Source of the DNA: an uncultured archaeon
GTDB lineage: Archaea > Asgardarchaeota > Lokiarchaeia > Sigyniarchaeales > SOKP01
Direction: 5' to 3'
Length of the DNA stretch: 64,000 bases
Assembly (NCBI GenBank): GCA_964508365.1
Contig: CAZDTP010000009.1
Coordinates: 865-64,864, forward strand
The notes beneath the pieces were generated by a model. That model had not been told where the DNA came from, made no database searches, and worked only from the letters and a program-made list of their open reading frames with translations. How positions within the stretch are numbered: position 1 is the first letter of the stretch; the number at the start of each line of letters is the position of its first letter. Made by a program: the position numbers and the translations under genes. This document shows positions 61,776-64,000 of the stretch, piece after piece.

Positions 61776-63605
61776 TTACTTTCGATGAATATTATAGACC
61801 AAACTTATTGTGTTATTTAATATTTCATCCTTAAATTTTTCGAGTGGTTTAAGATCATTATTAGGAACATAGTGGCTAATTTTCATAACCTCGTTAAGGA
61901 TTTCATCGCATTTTTTCTCATTTATTAGAAAGCCTTGCTTTACTAGTGGTATGCTACTATTATATAAGAGAATTATAATCTTGATAAGTCCTAACATTTT
62001 CCTGCTACTCGTAAAATTATCGACTTCATTAAAAGCATTCTGTATAAAAAAAGCATTTCTTATTAGATTGGCAATATAGAGTTCTAATTTTTGATCTTCA
62101 GCTAAATTTTTTAATCCTAGAAGCTGAGTTATGTATTTTAGGTCGTTTTCTTTTGCTAGTATCTCATTTACTTGCTTTCTACACTCAAACCAATCTAGCT
62201 TTACATCTGGCCAATCTACATCTATCTTCTCCCACCAATCTGTTAAATACACAGGGTAATTTGAATAAGAATTTATCCAACTAATAGCGGGATAATGTTT
62301 CAGATATGCTAATTTAGTATCTAAAGCCCATATTCCTTGAACAACGCGTTTTGTGGCGGATGTAACAGGCTCATTAAAATCTCCTGCGGGAGGAGATATT
62401 GACCCTATAATAGTTATAGACCCTTTTCTACTTTTCCCGTCAGGATCGTTCCCTAAAGTCGTAAAGACACCAGCTCGTTCATAGAAACTTGATATTTTCG
62501 AGGGTAAATAAGCAGGGTAACCTTCTTCGGCAGGCATTTCCTCTAATAATCCCGAGATTTCTCTTAAAGATTCTGCCCATCGTGATATACTATCTGCTAT
62601 AACGGCAACATTGTATCCCATGTCTCTATAATATTCTGCGATTGTTATACCTGAGAAAAGGCTTGCTTCTCGAGCAGACACAGGCATATTTGAAGTATTT
62701 ACAATAAGAGCAATTCTTTCTAATAATGGGCGTCCAGTATTAGGATCAACAGTTTCTCTAAATTGTTTTAGAGCATTAGCAATTTCATTCCCTGGTTCCC
62801 CACAACCTATGAATACAATCAAATCCGCGTCACAATACTTGGTTATGTTTTGCTGGATAACCGTCTTTCCAGTTCCAAATCCTCCTGGGACGGCAAAAGT
62901 ACCACCTTTTGCTACAGGAAATAATAAATCAATTATACGTAAACCAGTTATTAAGGGCTCATCAGGTTGCTTTTTTTCACAAAACGGTTTTCTCTTTGTT
63001 ACTGGCCATTTTTGCAACATGCAATAAGATTTTTCATCGTTATCATTCTGCAGGGTATAAATTTTATCAATAATTGTATAGTCTCCTTCTTCAGCTATAG
63101 AAGATAGGATTCCAGAATTTCTGGGGGGCACCATTATTATGTGTTTTAGAAACGATGTTTCTTGAACGATTCCAATTTCATCTCCACTAAGAATAAAATC
63201 ATTTACTTTCCTTGTTGGAATAAAATGCCACTTTTTAGTCCTTGAGAGAGGAGGAAATTCAAGTCCTCTATTTAATCTCCCTTCTTGAAAGTATTCAAAT
63301 GTTATACCTAACGGCCTTTGAATTCCATCAAATACGTTTGCTAATAAACCTGGTGCTAATTCCATTGATAAAGGTTCATGGAGATTAACTACTTTTTCAT
63401 TTAATTTTATACTAAACGTGTTTTCGAAAGACTGGGCTATGATATGGTCAGAATAAATTTGAATTACTTCACCCAAAAAATCGTGATTGCTAATTTTTAT
63501 TAAATCTTTTAGTCGTACATTATTTTCCAACCCTTTAATCTCTACTAATGAGCCGTAAACAGCAGATATAAAGCCTCCCTTTGAATTTTTTTTTTCCACG
63601 ACCAT
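61776..63605 (-). CDS. atpA: A/V-type ATPase catalytic subunit A
   Basis: FDGIQRPL, the non-homologous insert, Walker A PGGFGTGKTV, ADSISRWAESLREISGLLEEMPAEEGYPAYL. The track ORF starts at 63710. ATG 63605 (MVVEKKNSKGGFISAVYGSLVEIKG) fits the family N-terminus and removes the overlap with the upstream gene. The conserved GERGNE reads GEPGNE (62784-62801). Confidence 0.85.
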   Translation of the reverse strand: MVVEKKNSKGGFISAVYGSLVEIKGLENNVRLKDLIKISNHDFLGEVIQIYSDHIIAQSFENTFSIKLNEKVVNLHEPLSMELAPGLLANVFDGIQRPLGITFEYFQEGRLNRGLEFPPLSRTKKWHFIPTRKVNDFILSGDEIGIVQETSFLKHIIMVPPRNSGILSSIAEEGDYTIIDKIYTLQNDNDEKSYCMLQKWPVTKRKPFCEKKQPDEPLITGLRIIDLLFPVAKGGTFAVPGGFGTGKTVIQQNITKYCDADLIVFIGCGEPGNEIANALKQFRETVDPNTGRPLLERIALIVNTSNMPVSAREASLFSGITIAEYYRDMGYNVAVIADSISRWAESLREISGLLEEMPAEEGYPAYLPSKISSFYERAGVFTTLGNDPDGKSRKGSITIIGSISPPAGDFNEPVTSATKRVVQGIWALDTKLAYLKHYPAISWINSYSNYPVYLTDWWEKIDVDWPDVKLDWFECRKQVNEILAKENDLKYITQLLGLKNLAEDQKLELYIANLIRNAFFIQNAFNEVDNFTSSRKMLGLIKIIILLYNSSIPLVKQGFLINEKKCDEILNEVMKISHYVPNNDLKPLEKFKDEILNNTISLVYNIHRK

Positions 63606-63646
63606 TTTTACTAGATCCCCCTTATTTTTCTGTATTCTAGTATTTA

Positions 63647-63931
63647 TTAAGTTATACGCGTTCCACAAACAGGACATTTTTTCACTGATTTTGGAATTGT
63701 CATTCCACAATTATTGCATTTCTTGATAATTCCTTTAAGTTCAATAGCTTTACCGCATATAGGGCATTTTTTTTTATAACTTGTTATGATCATCCCGCAA
63801 TTTTCACATTTGTTGATAAGAGGTTTGCGATATTTAAAATTTAAGTCTACTTCTCTAAATTTTTTTTCTACTGGTTCCTCTCGTTCTTCTTTTATAGTCA
63901 ATTCCAACTTTCTTGATGGCCGTTGAATCAT
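63647..63931 (-). CDS. double zinc-ribbon protein
   Basis: CENCG-x12-CPICG and CNNCG-x11-CPVCG. The frame remains open upstream to the window edge (64000), so the true start may lie outside the window. Confidence 0.5.
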   Translation of the reverse strand: MIQRPSRKLELTIKEEREEPVEKKFREVDLNFKYRKPLINKCENCGMIITSYKKKCPICGKAIELKGIIKKCNNCGMTIPKSVKKCPVCGTRIT

Positions 63932-64000
63932 ATTCTGTTTTTTATCGGGATATAATTTTGAATACAGTGATTTCTGTTTCCTGTGCTTAAAAATCGATCC

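Noticed and set aside
63606-63710. N-terminal 35-codon extension of atpA in the ORF track (overlapping the zinc-ribbon gene)
   Set aside because: The extension (MWNDNSKISEKMSCLW...) has no counterpart in A subunits and overlaps the upstream gene's 3' end. The internal ATG at 63605 gives the family-typical N-terminus.
1-64000. Search for CRISPR arrays, rRNA/tRNA genes, transposases and integrases
   Set aside because: I found no regularly spaced direct repeats, no GC-rich structured islands that would stand out in this AT-rich sequence, and no DDE, tyrosine- or serine-recombinase-like translations. Absence is judged by eye only. tRNAscan/Infernal and a repeat finder would be decisive.

Overview
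This is an AT-rich (by eye, not computed) archaeal chromosomal segment with about 60 protein-coding genes on both strands. I recognised no rRNA, tRNA, CRISPR array, transposase or integrase. Archaeal housekeeping markers are present: RadA 54563-55561, tRNA-splicing endonuclease 61139-61741, A/V-ATPase subunit A 61776-63605, Pcm 28335-29009 and a MEMO-like protein 60150-61040. They sit beside an unusual density of eukaryote-signature-type proteins. These are a Rab-like GTPase (6004-6552), two Arf-like GTPases with extra domains (38824-40032 and 41146-42183), a V4R/Bet3-fold protein (40424-41020), RING-type fingers (3104-3433 and the vWA-double-RING protein 37447-38646) and a gelsolin-like domain protein (15148-15930). 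By inference this fits an Asgard (Loki-/Heimdall-like) archaeon. The best candidate for an undescribed system is the 35.2-43.7 kb block. It combines two Arf-like GTPases, Roadblock and possibly longin-like domains, a V4R protein, a vWA-double-RING protein, a tryptophan-acidic-repeat zinc-ribbon protein and a TPR-like protein. The block is bracketed by small DNA-binding regulators and interrupts an alpha-glucan metabolism gene set (GH57 and maltokinase-like on one side; GalT-like, NDP-sugar pyrophosphorylase, giant GH13 and PGM-like on the other). Other content: three DNA methyltransferases of different classes with no visible restriction enzyme, one of them paired with a Mig/MutY-like glycosylase; an organosulfate-related neighbourhood (two sulfatase types plus a TauE exporter); two paralogous poly-cysteine Fe-S proteins; tandemly duplicated DUF422/CruF-like membrane proteins; and three ICMT-family membrane methyltransferases. 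All family calls rest on motifs read by eye from the translations. No database search was possible.
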